DNA of 64,000 bases from Candidatus Hydrogenedentota bacterium. GTDB taxonomy: Bacteria; Hydrogenedentota; Hydrogenedentia; Hydrogenedentales; SLHB01. Shown piece by piece: positions 17,864-27,909 of the stretch. The notes below the pieces were generated by a model that saw nothing but the letters and a program-made list of their open reading frames with translations, did no database searches and was not told the origin of the DNA. The translations under genes and the position numbers were made by a program. The DNA is taken from positions 1,632,001-1,696,000 of the forward strand of contig CAXXYE010000009.1 in the NCBI GenBank assembly GCA_963674865.2. The letters are read 5' to 3'. Positions within the stretch are counted from its first letter, which is position 1. Each line of letters opens with the position of its first letter.

Positions 17864-19066
17864 TCATCCCTGCCACTGCTGGGGGAATTCGCGGTAGTCC
17901 GTTAGTTCGTAGGGGCTGGTGGGGACGGCCCAGGGCACGCCGCATTCGGACAGGAGCTTTCCTTCGGCGGCCGCGGCGAGCATGGCGTCTTCAATACCGC
18001 TGATGAGCGTGAAGGGGACGCCTTCCCGGACATCCTGGTGCGTGTGCTCGCCGGGGATGTCATGGATACTTCGTGATGACTCGTAGGCCGCATTCGACAT
18101 GAGAATGTGGCCTTCGGCCTCAGCGAGAGGCATAAGCAGCGGCTCATCGCTCCCCAGAACCACTTCGACGAGCCGCCGCAAAAGGGTCGTGGTGCCGCGC
18201 TCTTCCTCGCGGCAGTCTATGTGTTCGCCGGGTAGATCGACGCCGTCCTCGTCGTGGAATCGCGCCGCCCCATCCTCCCCGAGGATGTCCCAGCACCTCG
18301 GGTGATTCTTCGAGGCGCATTGCGTGAGGTGGACGCACACCTCGACGCCGTTGTCCATAGTGGCGCGGAGGCAGTCCGTGTCCTCTCCTTCGATATCATT
18401 GGCGCGGTAGAGTTCCGCCTGGACCTGGAGAGGCCGCGCGAATTCGTACGGTTCATCCGCGGCCAGGTAGGCGGCCAGGTTGAGGACGTGTCCGCAGGCG
18501 TTATTCATCGGCCCGTCGAGGACGAACGCGCCGTCGAGCCGGGTTTTGCCGGCCCAGTTGTTGCGGCGGTAGTAGTCGGCGCCCCGACACCAGCGCGCCT
18601 CGGCGCGGATGGCCGTGACGGAGCCGATGACGCCTTCGCACAGACGGTGTTTGAGGGCGATGATCCCCGGCCGGGACACGTCGTGATAGCCCACGGCGCA
18701 GTAGCGGTCGTGGCGTTCCTGGCTGGCCACCATGGCGCGCAGATCCTGGATGGTAACCGCGGGCGGCTTTTCGAGAAACACGTGGAGGCCGCGCTCGAAG
18801 GCGGCGAGAGTCATTGGCACGTGGTAAGGGATGGGCGTTGCGATGCAGACGAGATCGAGGTTGGTTTCCTCGGCGAGCATCGTGTCGTAGTCGGTGTAAT
18901 GGCGGGCGCCCTTGGCCTTGAGGGCATCGACTGCGGGGACCTGCTCGTTCGGCTCGGTAAACGCGGCGAGTTTGACGATGCCTTCCGCGGCCAACGTCTC
19001 CGCGGCGGAGATGTGGGCGTGGCCGAATCCTCCGACGCCGGTTAAGGCAATTCTCAATCTATCCAT
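17864..19066 (-). CDS. Gfo/Idh/MocA family oxidoreductase
   Basis: GVGGFG Rossmann motif, IATP..H, HVFLEKPP. Confidence 0.88.
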   Translation of the reverse strand: MDRLRIALTGVGGFGHAHISAAETLAAEGIVKLAAFTEPNEQVPAVDALKAKGARHYTDYDTMLAEETNLDLVCIATPIPYHVPMTLAAFERGLHVFLEKPPAVTIQDLRAMVASQERHDRYCAVGYHDVSRPGIIALKHRLCEGVIGSVTAIRAEARWCRGADYYRRNNWAGKTRLDGAFVLDGPMNNACGHVLNLAAYLAADEPYEFARPLQVQAELYRANDIEGEDTDCLRATMDNGVEVCVHLTQCASKNHPRCWDILGEDGAARFHDEDGVDLPGEHIDCREEERGTTTLLRRLVEVVLGSDEPLLMPLAEAEGHILMSNAAYESSRSIHDIPGEHTHQDVREGVPFTLISGIEDAMLAAAAEGKLLSECGVPWAVPTSPYELTDYREFPQQWQG

Positions 19067-19372
19067 TGTCCCCACCTTTGTATCGAGTCGTCGGCCACCG
19101 CGGCCCAGCGTAAGACTATTCTCGGTTGCGCGGCCACACGAGTCAAGTCTGCCCGGTGGCCGCGTTGAATATCCCGGCGATTTCGGAGTTCGCCGCGTGC
19201 GAAAGGGGCGTGCCGTCTCATATGTTCTCGAGGGACACTCCCGCGAGGCCGGAACTGCACGCTTGTTCCAGCCCCGCGGGAGGCTACGAAAGGATGTTGG
19301 GCCATAGCCGGGGCCGTTGTCCGGCGGCGTCACACGGTGGATACGTCGCCTTCAGCGGCACCGGTGGCGGGG

Positions 19373-20359
19373 CTAATGGCCTCCACCATACTTTACGTCT
19401 CCGAGGAAGCCGGCCAACCATCGCGTTACCGGAAAGGCTCTGTTGTCGTATCGGATCATCTCGACGTGTCCATCCATGAACAAGACATTCGATCCGCTGG
19501 GAATATGGTTGAACTTCTCGACGCCCTGGCCGTATCCGCCTTTGTCATGTGTTTCCGCCGAGGCGAAGAAATCCCACATCACGGGGATCTCGGTTTCGGC
19601 TAGTTTTGCTCCGGCGGGATTGTTGACGTCCGTGATGAAGTAGCGCCCTACGCCATCGCGGAGGCGGTAAACAGTGCGGGTGCCATTCGTGCCTTCGGGC
19701 TGGATGGACACGCCGTTGTACTTCCAAGGCCCGTAGCTTCCGTCCACCGTGATGTTATCGTCCGCGTCAGGAAAGGGCGGCAGGCCTTTCTTGCCGCTGA
19801 TCTTTCCCGTGGGACTCGCTCTGTGCAGCTCAATGGCCTCCAGGACACCGGCAAGCTCCTCGGTTCGATGTACTGCCCACGCGGTGTACATGTACGAGCG
19901 CGGTACGCCCATCCAAATGGCGACATCGGCACCGTTGTACTTGCCGTCCTGATTCAGATCGCCGTTGCTGAAGGCTTTGTTTTCGCTGCTGTCCAGCGTG
20001 CCCGCCAGGATATCCTCGATCTGCTCCTCAACGGGAATCCTCGATACCATAGGATCCGAGGGGCAGATGGTTACCTTGAAGTCGTCAAGGTACTCCGGAT
20101 ACACCGACGGGCCGTGGAACGTCATCGCCCGCGAGGCGCAGCCGTAGTTGATCATCTTCGGCGGGTACAGGCCGCGCCGACTCTCTTGAGCATACATCTT
20201 GAAGACAAGTCCCATCTGCTTGAGATTACTCTGGCAACTCGCGCGTTGCGCCGCTTCGCGCGCCTTTGACAGCGCGGGCAACAACATGGCGGCCAATATG
20301 CCGATGATCGCTATTACAACAAGTAGTTCTATAAGTGTGAACCCTTTACGGGTGAACAT
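19373..20359 (-). CDS. DUF1559 / H-X9-DG prepilin-type protein
   Basis: [44 protein letters not shown]-terminal [18 protein letters not shown]. Confidence 0.92.
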   Translation of the reverse strand: MFTRKGFTLIELLVVIAIIGILAAMLLPALSKAREAAQRASCQSNLKQMGLVFKMYAQESRRGLYPPKMINYGCASRAMTFHGPSVYPEYLDDFKVTICPSDPMVSRIPVEEQIEDILAGTLDSSENKAFSNGDLNQDGKYNGADVAIWMGVPRSYMYTAWAVHRTEELAGVLEAIELHRASPTGKISGKKGLPPFPDADDNITVDGSYGPWKYNGVSIQPEGTNGTRTVYRLRDGVGRYFITDVNNPAGAKLAETEIPVMWDFFASAETHDKGGYGQGVEKFNHIPSGSNVLFMDGHVEMIRYDNRAFPVTRWLAGFLGDVKYGGGH

Positions 20360-20426
20360 GCTGAAATCCTCCTTTCAGTTGTGTCGGCACCGGCGAAGTG
20401 CTCTCTGCCGGTGGTGCGAACGTAAG

Positions 20427-21245
20427 CTACTGCGCGCCCTGCGCGGCAATGGCAGGGCCGGCGCCACGCGTCACTTCCCACGTTAGAAGGTCTTCGATCC
20501 GCATGGCCGCGAGCTTCTTGCTCAAGTCTTTCTTCATTGTCATAAAATCAGTCCGTGCGCCGGCGGCCTGGGGCTTTTCCGGAGCGTGTGCGCTCCGCAT
20601 TCCTTGGAAGAACTCCGCCGGAATGACGCCGTCACGTGCCTGAATGCGTACGCGATCACCCGTGGACTTGCGCATGATCTCGAAGGCAAAACACGAAAGA
20701 GTCACGGGCGGGCCGGGAACGTGTGCTCCCGTTGCATCCGAAGGAAGCACTACCTGGTAGGCGTCTTCCGTCACCACGCGCATCGTCAGCTCGAACACGT
20801 CCTGCGCACACTGCGAAGGCACGCGGCTCACAACCTGCATATCGCCGCGCATCGGGCGCTCGATCCAGAGGAGGGCCGTAGCCGCCTGCAAGACGCGCCA
20901 CGTGAACACGGGAACCGGGCCGAGATGGCCGTGGTATTTGCGCACGTCATCCAGCGTCAGGCGCACCAAGTTGCCGTGGTCGTCGAACACTTCAAAGGGG
21001 CGGAGGTTTGCCAGATAGCCCGCGGGAGGCGAAGGGGCTAACGCCGTGGCCCCTGAGTAGCCGTCCACCTCCGAATGCGGGTGCGCGGCGGCATTCACAA
21101 AGGACGATGAGATTGCCAGCAGCGTTAGAGCCGCCAGCGCCACGGCCGTCGGCCGATGCGATAGCCGGCGGGAACAGCCCGGATGCGTGCAGTCCCCCGC
21201 CTCGCCCGCAGCCGGACGTGGCATTCCACAGGTATTCTGGAACAT
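20427..21245 (-). CDS. Exported FmdE-like (putative metal-binding) protein
   Basis: Hydrophobic signal-like segment; KYHGHLGP and CAQD resemble FmdE FHGHxCP / CxxD; AAGGAG RBS. Confidence 0.55.
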   Translation of the reverse strand: MFQNTCGMPRPAAGEAGDCTHPGCSRRLSHRPTAVALAALTLLAISSSFVNAAAHPHSEVDGYSGATALAPSPPAGYLANLRPFEVFDDHGNLVRLTLDDVRKYHGHLGPVPVFTWRVLQAATALLWIERPMRGDMQVVSRVPSQCAQDVFELTMRVVTEDAYQVVLPSDATGAHVPGPPVTLSCFAFEIMRKSTGDRVRIQARDGVIPAEFFQGMRSAHAPEKPQAAGARTDFMTMKKDLSKKLAAMRIEDLLTWEVTRGAGPAIAAQGAQ

Positions 21246-21477
21246 AATGAGTCTCCTTGGTTTGGCCGGGAGCGCGCTTCCATTTGATTGGCGTCGATGG
21301 GCACGCTTCCGGCTGGGCCTCTTCTATTCGCGGCGGGCGGCCCCGCCGCTTCACTGGGCAGGCGCCACTTGCGCCTGTTTGCATCTTCTCCTTGTCTGCG
21401 CGATACGCCGTGTATTGTTTCCACGGTGTGCGATGAGCTCTGTAGTTTGATGAATCATAAAAAGTTTGACGTGGCAA

Positions 21478-21507
21478 ACATTAGCATCCTCGTCTTGGTG
21501 ATGTCAA
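21478..21507 (-). promoter_or_regulatory. Putative promoter of the FmdE-like/DUF1559 pair
   Basis: Minus strand TTGACA-18 nt-TAATGT next to an AT-rich patch. Confidence 0.45.
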
Positions 21508-21591
21508 CCTTGTTTTTCTCGTGACGGCTTGTGCCCGCGGCGACGCGGCGCCAGGGCGGGGCCGTGGCAGATATGCGCGAGCGGGACAAGA

Positions 21592-21620
21592 TTGAAAGTG
21601 GGCTGGATGCCCTCTACAAT
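21592..21620 (+). promoter_or_regulatory. Putative sigma70 promoter of the ThuA gene
   Basis: TTGAAA-17 nt-TACAAT. Confidence 0.55.
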
Positions 21621-21680
21621 GGCGCGCAAATTTCGTAACGGCCCGGCGGGTTGCCGCCGGAAGAGGGAAAGGAACGTGGT

Positions 21681-22421
21681 ATGAGCAGCGGAATTCGCGT
21701 AACGGTGTGGAATGAGGGCGTTCACGAGAAGACACATGAGGCGGTGCAGAAGGTGTATCCGAAGGGAATGGGTCACCAGATCGCGCAGTACCTTGAGAAG
21801 CAGCCGGGGATTGCGTCCGTGCACGTGTCGGAGTTGGATGATCCGGGGCAGGGCCTGACGGATGACATCTTGAACAACACGGATGTCATGACGTGGTGGG
21901 GGCACATGGCGCACAACAGGGTCGAGGACGAGAACGTGGCGCGCGTTCAAGAGCGTGTGCTGGACGGGATGGGCCTGGTTGTGCTGCACTCAGGGCACTT
22001 CTCGAAGATCTTCCAGAAGTTGATGGGGACAGGCTGCAACCTGAAGTGGCGCGAGATTGGCGAGAAGGAGCGCCTGTGGGTGGTCGATCCGAGCCATCCG
22101 ATTACCGAGGGGTTGCCTGAGTACTTCGAGCTGGAGCACACGGAGATGTACGGGGAGCATTTCGATATCCCGCAGCCGGATCAGCAGGTGTTCATCAGTT
22201 GGTTTGCGGGCGGCGAGGTATTCCGGAGCGGGTGCTGCTGGCACCGCAGCAAGGGCAAGGTATTCTATTTCCGGCCGGGCCACGAGACGCTGCCGATCTA
22301 TTACGATGAGAACGTGTTGCGCGTTATCCTGAACGGCATTCGTTGGGCCGCGCCGTCGGGCGTGAAAGAGATCGTTCGCGGGAACGTCAAGCCGCTGGAG
22401 GACGTGGCGCCCGCTGAGTAG
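21681..22421 (+). CDS. thuA: ThuA (trehalose utilization) domain protein
   Basis: VTVWNE..HE, WWGH.AH, GMGLVVLHSGHFSK, EMYGEHFDIP.PD, FYFRPGHE. Confidence 0.88.
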   Translation: MSSGIRVTVWNEGVHEKTHEAVQKVYPKGMGHQIAQYLEKQPGIASVHVSELDDPGQGLTDDILNNTDVMTWWGHMAHNRVEDENVARVQERVLDGMGLVVLHSGHFSKIFQKLMGTGCNLKWREIGEKERLWVVDPSHPITEGLPEYFELEHTEMYGEHFDIPQPDQQVFISWFAGGEVFRSGCCWHRSKGKVFYFRPGHETLPIYYDENVLRVILNGIRWAAPSGVKEIVRGNVKPLEDVAPAE

Positions 22422-22603
22422 CGCTTGGAAGGATGTGACGGTAGCGAGGCGGCCGGGGCGCGGATGCGCGTCCCGGCCGTCGCGTTTATGGGGGCGGGGG
22501 CCTCCCGGTGAGGCGGTGAGGGGGCAGGGATGAATATTCGGGCGGCAGGACGGTAGTATAGGCGTGGGGCGCGTATTCATCGCGCCGGGAGGGGCGAGGG
22601 GCA

Positions 22604-23385
22604 ATGTCTATGATCGAGGTGGTTGGTGTAACGCATCACTACGGGATCCGGCCGGTGCTGCGGGATGTTTCCATTGAGGTGGTCCCCGGCGAACTGGTGG
22701 CGCTGATGGGGCCTAACGGCATGGGCAAGAGCACGCTCTTGGGCGTCATGGCGGGGACGCTGTCGCCGCAGCGCGGATACGTCGAGATCGATGGGCTGCG
22801 CCGGAAGAGCAGCGAGGCCGATGAACTTGCCATTCGCAAGAAAGTCGTCTACATGCCCGATCACCCCTGGCTGCCGGCGAGCCGAACGGGCCGCGAATTC
22901 CTCGTGGCGGTTGGAAAACTGTACGAGATTGAGGATTTCCGCCTCTTCGATCACGTCGATCGGCTGTTGAGCTTGTTCGATCTCACCGAGAAAGGCGACG
23001 CTCCTATCGCCTCCTACTCCACGGGCCAGCAGAAGAAGATCTCCTTGGCCGCGGCGTTGGTAACGGAAGCGCCCGTCATGCTGCTCGATGAGCCTTTTCG
23101 GGGGGGCTCGATCCTTCCGGACTTATCGCGCTCAGGAAGGTGATGCAGTGGCTTGCCGAACGGGAAGACGTAACAGTGGTTATGGCGACGCCCGTACCGG
23201 AGATTGTTGAGGGGCTCGCCCACCGCGTTGCCGTGTTGCGCGGAGGCGAGCTGATCGCGTACGACACGCCGGAGCATCTGCAGAGCGCCGCCAGCCTCAA
23301 CACACTCTCTGAGGTCTTGGAGCACCTGGTGAGTCCAAAAACGCTCGATAGCATCGAGCACTACTTCGAGGGGCGCGCGTCATGA
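22604..23385 (+). pseudogene. ABC ATP-binding protein with a -1 frameshift near 23095-23106 (real lesion or sequencing error)
   Basis: Walker A GPNGMGKST, YSTGQ, LLDEPF; the D-loop GGLDP continues in the -1 frame after TTTTCGGGGGGG. Confidence 0.8.
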
Positions 23386-24602
23386 TCGGCTGGCTACGGC
23401 TTGTCCTGCCACGCGGCTCGCTGGTGAGCGTTGCACTTATCTTACTCGTATTGTTCTGCATAATCATAGAAGTGTCTTTGGGGGTTCTCCTTGGGGACCC
23501 GGCCGTTGAGGCAAGTGCCGAGGCGAGCCGGGATATAGCGCATACGCTGAGGCGGGTCGAGGGCGGCGCGCTCGTTTTCGCCGCATTGATGTTGGGCGCG
23601 CAACGGATAATGTTCTTCAGCCCTCTTCGCCCGGACTATCGCGCTTTCTTGGCGGCTACTCCCTATACCGGGCGGCAGCCCCTTCCGCTCGGGCCGCTTC
23701 ACCTCGTGTGGCAGGACCTCGTGATCCTGGGCGGTGCGACTGCGTTCTGTGTGTTCGCGGCAGGTATGCCGGCCCATCTCATCGTGTTCGTGTTCGCACT
23801 GGGATATGTCGCCGCTCTGCTACTCACTCTCTGTGCGACGGGACAGATCCTGAGCGCCTACGCGCTGGCTTTCACGATGGGACTTGCCGTCATGACCGCA
23901 TGGAACGCGCTATGGGCCTTTCTTGCCTTGACAGCGGTGTATGGTGTTAGCTATGCCGCCATAGCCATGATGCTGCGCCGCTTCCCTTGGGATACCGGCC
24001 GTGACGCCGATGATGCTTCCCGCGCTACAAGAGAGCGGGTCCTTGGGACAATCCTGCCTCGCTCGCGCAGACAACCGGCCCCGAACTTGGCCGATATTGG
24101 CGTTGTAGGTTGGCCCCTTTCGGCTTTAGGCCCAAGGCGTCCTGGGGCGGCTTGTCCTTCTGCGCATGGCCTAATGATCAGCCTGCTTCTCGGCTGGTAT
24201 CTGTTCGCAATCCTGCTCCCGTTTCCGTCGATACCAGCGAGAGAATGGAAGGCGTGTTGGTTTGTCATTCTTGTGTTCGCCGCGATTCTCGGTGCGGTTC
24301 GCCTTTGCGTCTACAAGAACGGGGCTGCCGCGCCCATTAGTCTGTTGGGCCGTATTGCTACGGGGCGGTTCATCGTGCCGGCCCATGACAAGGTGCTGCT
24401 CGCGCCGGCGGGGACAGGCTTGGTGGGACTTATCAGAGCGCCGTTGGCGCATAAGCTCGGTATTTCGCCCGGCGTGACGCTGATTGTGGCGCCGGCGTTG
24501 ATGCTGTTGATAGTCCTTACGGCAGGCCCGACGCTGGCCAACTGGCGACTAACGGGCGCGTACCGTGTGGAACAGATCGGCAACGTTCAGAAGGCTACAT
24601 GA
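23382..24602 (+). CDS. Multi-TM membrane protein, probable ABC permease partner
   Basis: ATGA overlap with the ATPase stop; many TM segments. Confidence 0.7.
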   Translation: MIGWLRLVLPRGSLVSVALILLVLFCIIIEVSLGVLLGDPAVEASAEASRDIAHTLRRVEGGALVFAALMLGAQRIMFFSPLRPDYRAFLAATPYTGRQPLPLGPLHLVWQDLVILGGATAFCVFAAGMPAHLIVFVFALGYVAALLLTLCATGQILSAYALAFTMGLAVMTAWNALWAFLALTAVYGVSYAAIAMMLRRFPWDTGRDADDASRATRERVLGTILPRSRRQPAPNLADIGVVGWPLSALGPRRPGAACPSAHGLMISLLLGWYLFAILLPFPSIPAREWKACWFVILVFAAILGAVRLCVYKNGAAAPISLLGRIATGRFIVPAHDKVLLAPAGTGLVGLIRAPLAHKLGISPGVTLIVAPALMLLIVLTAGPTLANWRLTGAYRVEQIGNVQKAT

Positions 24603-24647
24603 AGATCTAGTGGTATGAATCACGCTGATGGCGTCTTGTTTTCTGCC

Positions 24648-24709
24648 GCGAAAAGCAGGGACAGACACGTCTTCGCTTCGCTCCGCTTGCGTCAGTCCCC
24701 GTTTTTCGC
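24648..24709. repeat. Palindromic intergenic repeat (GGGACAGACACGTCT...TCAGTCCC type)
   Basis: Imperfect inverted repeat; related copy at 61753-61818. Confidence 0.7.
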
Positions 24710-24778
24710 TTATGAGTCGGTGCACTAGGGGCGCGGCGTCCCGTCGCCGCTCTTTCGGGGGCGTGGTGGGCTTTGCCT

Positions 24779-25990
24779 TCAGTCCTTCCACTCGGCTTTC
24801 GGAGGGGAGGCGAAATCGGCGTAGCGGGCGTCGACTTGGGCCTCGGCCGCGTCGCCTGCGTGGATGTACACGCGGTACTTGAAGGTGAGGGATTCACCGG
24901 CCTTAAGGGTGAAATCACCGTTGAGCCGGGTGTCTTCCTTCTTCGTGAAGTAGGACAAGCCGAAGCAATTGGCGGCCATGAGGCCGTAATCGCGGACGTG
25001 CCAGCGCGTGGGATGGCGCAGGTTCGTCGGCGCGTCGAAGATGGCCAGGCCGCGGACGCCGAGTCCCTCGATGGGGCCGGAGTAATCGCACCACGGGGAA
25101 GGCTTGCCCCAGCATTCACTTTCGCCGTGCTTGCCGAGGGCATTGGTGATTTCGCCGTTTTCCTTCCCGCGGATCTCGTCGCGAATGCGAACGGCCAGAA
25201 TGCCGCCTTCCTTGGTGTCGCCGAAGAGTACATCGCCGTAGTTGGCGGTGAAGGTGACGGTGACGTCGAACAGGCGGGCCGTCGCGGGCGTCGGATAGAA
25301 CCGGTACTCACGCGTTTCCGAGAGCACGGGCTTGTGGGCGTTGTCCTGCCAGGTGTTTTCGGCGCGAATCCAACCGTAGGCATCGCCGGAGCCGTAGGTG
25401 ACGTTATCGCTGTGCTGGAAGCCTGATCTGTCGCCTTCGCCCCAGCAGTCCGCGCCGTTCACTTTTCCGTAGGAGCAGTAGATTGCTTTGTGATGGACAT
25501 GATCCTTGGTGCTTTGGATTTCACCCATGGGCCAGTCGCGCGTGATGGTGACGCCGTTGTCCACGTAGACGGGCCAGAGGAATGGTTTCTTGTTGTCGTT
25601 CGAGTAGTTGTAGGCGGTGAATTGCTCGCCGTCAATGGTTACGTCGAGCATGTCGTCGCCGTCTTTCTTCTCGATAACGACTCTCGGGGCGTCGGCGTCG
25701 CGGGCGGCCAGCTTGAACTCCGTGCGGGTGTTGGGCGCCAGATCCTCGGGAACAAAGACGAGTTCACCGTTATGCACCGTCCCGACGAGGGTCTTGTCGC
25801 TTCCTACCTGGCGTAGACAGACACTGGTGTCGTCCAGATCACCTGCAACCGGGATGGACACCGGAGCGTCTATGCTCTCGTGTTGGCCGGCGGTGACGAC
25901 GACTTTTCGTCCCGAAAGTCCCGTTGCAGTGGCGCATCCCGAACCGGCTATCAGGAGGGATATGATGACAAAACACATTGCCTTACGCAT
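24779..25990 (-). CDS. DUF6807 / 'PmoA-like' beta-sandwich lipoprotein
   Basis: Lipobox-like GSGC; KPFLWPV, DHVHHKA, FGDTKEGG..VR, W.DYSG, WHVRDYGL..NCFG. Confidence 0.75.
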   Translation of the reverse strand: MRKAMCFVIISLLIAGSGCATATGLSGRKVVVTAGQHESIDAPVSIPVAGDLDDTSVCLRQVGSDKTLVGTVHNGELVFVPEDLAPNTRTEFKLAARDADAPRVVIEKKDGDDMLDVTIDGEQFTAYNYSNDNKKPFLWPVYVDNGVTITRDWPMGEIQSTKDHVHHKAIYCSYGKVNGADCWGEGDRSGFQHSDNVTYGSGDAYGWIRAENTWQDNAHKPVLSETREYRFYPTPATARLFDVTVTFTANYGDVLFGDTKEGGILAVRIRDEIRGKENGEITNALGKHGESECWGKPSPWCDYSGPIEGLGVRGLAIFDAPTNLRHPTRWHVRDYGLMAANCFGLSYFTKKEDTRLNGDFTLKAGESLTFKYRVYIHAGDAAEAQVDARYADFASPPKAEWKD

Positions 25991-26196
25991 GGAAGCTCCT
26001 TTCTTCTAACGCAGCCGGGGCGTACTGTATCAGATGACTTTGAGGGGCGCAAGGTATGGTGGGAATTCTCGAGCGAAGGGCTGTGCCGCCGCACGGCGTT
26101 CCCTCGATATGGCCGCAGCGGCTGTTACCGGTGCACCACCCATGAGTATAATTAGCCGCGGGCCGGGGACGTATCCCATGGGAGGAGAACATCGGA

Positions 26197-27288
26197 ATGG
26201 ATTCGCGGGAAAGGATCTTTCGGGCGTTGGCTTTCGAGACGCCGGATCGAGTGCCGGTTGATTTCTGGGCGTCGGCGGGACTGCGCGAGAAGCTCAAGCA
26301 GGCCTTCGGGACGGACTTCGACGCCTTCCTCGATGAGCACGACGTGGATTTGCGTTACATTCCGGGGCCGGAATACATCGGGCCGCCGCTGCAGTGTTTC
26401 GACGACGGGAGCGACGAGGACCTCTGGGGCGTGCGCCGGAAGAGCGTCGCGGTTGCGACAAAGGGCGGCGCGGAATCCTACAAGGAGGTCGTGCACGCGC
26501 CGCTGGCGTCGGCGGAGCGCGTCGAGGATGTCTTGGACTACGCCCGATGGCCGTCGCCGGACTGGTTTGATTACAGCGGGATCGCGCGGCAGTGCGAGGA
26601 TGTTCGTGAGCGCGGGCGTGTGGCGGTGTTTATGGGGGATCGCCTCAACCGCCTTGCGCAACTCAAGCCTGCGATGTACCTGCGCGGCGTGGATACGATC
26701 CTGATGGACATGGCGATTCGCCCGGAGGTGGCGGCGGCGGTTTTCGGCAAGATCCGGGCCTTTTACGTTGCGTATGCAGAGCGTATCTTCGAGGCGGCCC
26801 GGGGCAAGCTCGATTTGCTCTTGATGGGAGATGATTTCGGGACGCAGTCGGGGCCGTTTGTATCTCCGGCCATGTGGGAAGCGTTCTTGGGACCTGGATT
26901 CGCGGAGTACTGCGCGCTGGCCAAGACGCACGGCGTCAAAGTGATGCACCATACGTGCGGATCCGTCCGCCCGATCATCCCACTGATGATGGAGTGCGGG
27001 CTTGACGTTCTGCAATCGCTCCAGCCAGAGGCGGCCGAAATGGCGCCGGCGGATCTGAAGCGGGAGTTTGGCGGGCGGCTGGCTTTCCACGGAGGGATAT
27101 CGATTCAGCAAACCTTGCCGTTCGGATCGGAAGAGGATGTGCGGCAAGAGGTGCGGGAGCGCATCGAGGCATTGGCGCCGGGCGGCGGATACATCCTCTG
27201 CACATCGCACAATATCCAGGCGGACGCGCCGGTGGAGAATGTCGAGGCGTTATTGTGCGCCTATCGCGAGTTCGGAGATTACGCCTGA
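26197..27288 (+). CDS. Uroporphyrinogen decarboxylase / MtaA-like family protein
   Basis: M.SRERI..AL.FE.PDRVP, GDDFGTQ, HHTCGS, GGGYILCTSHNIQ. Confidence 0.85.
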   Translation: MDSRERIFRALAFETPDRVPVDFWASAGLREKLKQAFGTDFDAFLDEHDVDLRYIPGPEYIGPPLQCFDDGSDEDLWGVRRKSVAVATKGGAESYKEVVHAPLASAERVEDVLDYARWPSPDWFDYSGIARQCEDVRERGRVAVFMGDRLNRLAQLKPAMYLRGVDTILMDMAIRPEVAAAVFGKIRAFYVAYAERIFEAARGKLDLLLMGDDFGTQSGPFVSPAMWEAFLGPGFAEYCALAKTHGVKVMHHTCGSVRPIIPLMMECGLDVLQSLQPEAAEMAPADLKREFGGRLAFHGGISIQQTLPFGSEEDVRQEVRERIEALAPGGGYILCTSHNIQADAPVENVEALLCAYREFGDYA

Positions 27289-27315
27289 GGGCTCGTGAAA
27301 ACACGGGTCGTGTCC

Positions 27316-27371
27316 GGAAAAGGGGACACGTAGTCGCGCCAGGGAGGCGCTTGGAACATGTCCCCTTTTCC
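27316..27371. repeat. Palindromic intergenic repeat (GGAAAAGGGGACACGT...ACATGTCCCCTTTTCC)
   Basis: 15/16-bp inverted repeat; closely similar copies at 29055-29110 and 29172-29227. Confidence 0.8.
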
Positions 27372-27418
27372 TCCGTCATTGATTCATAGGCCCTGAGGAC
27401 ATAGAAGGAGGAGCAGCC

Positions 27419-27901
27419 ATGCAGATCCTGGTGATGTATTCATCGCGGACGGGCCATACCAAGCAACTTGCGGAGGCCATCGCCAAAGGCGTCGAAGAAG
27501 CCGAGGCGGGGGCGTGTGTGCTCAAGACGGCGCGCGATGTGACGCGGGAAGATTTTGCGTCGGCGGACGGCATTATCGCGGGCTCCCCGGTGTATTTCGG
27601 AGGAATGGCGGCGGAATTGAAGGAGGTATTCGACGTATTCGTCGGGCTGCGCAAGAAGATGGGGGACAAGGTTGGCGCGGCGTTCGCCACGGCCGGGGAC
27701 GCCTCCGGCGGCAAGGAAACGACGATGATGTCGATCATCCAGGCCATGCTGATCTATGGCATGATCATTGTCGGCGATCCGCTGGACGCGACGGGCCATT
27801 ACGGCGTATCCTGCGTCGGCGCACCGGACGCCGAGGCGCTGGCCAACGGGGCCAAGCTCGGGAAACGCGTGGCGCTCCTGGTGAAGCGACTGGCGGCTTA
27901 G
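27419..27901 (+). CDS. Flavodoxin/WrbA-like NAD(P)H-dependent oxidoreductase
   Basis: YSSRTGHTKQLAEAI, GSPVYFG, KVGAAFAT, GGKETT. Confidence 0.88.
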   Translation: MQILVMYSSRTGHTKQLAEAIAKGVEEAEAGACVLKTARDVTREDFASADGIIAGSPVYFGGMAAELKEVFDVFVGLRKKMGDKVGAAFATAGDASGGKETTMMSIIQAMLIYGMIIVGDPLDATGHYGVSCVGAPDAEALANGAKLGKRVALLVKRLAA

Positions 27902-27909
27902 AATCTGAA

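Noticed and set aside
20992..21384. Alternative ORF with AT-hook-like KRRGRPPR in the FmdE-like leader
   Set aside because: The RBS spacing is only 3 nt and it overlaps the better-supported gene out of frame
24779..25990. Methane monooxygenase (PmoA family name)
   Set aside because: Soluble lipoprotein without pMMO TM helices and no pmoB/pmoC; the family name is misleading
27514..27909. Arg/Gly-rich N-terminal extension of the second UroD-like ORF
   Set aside because: Out-of-frame read of the flavodoxin gene
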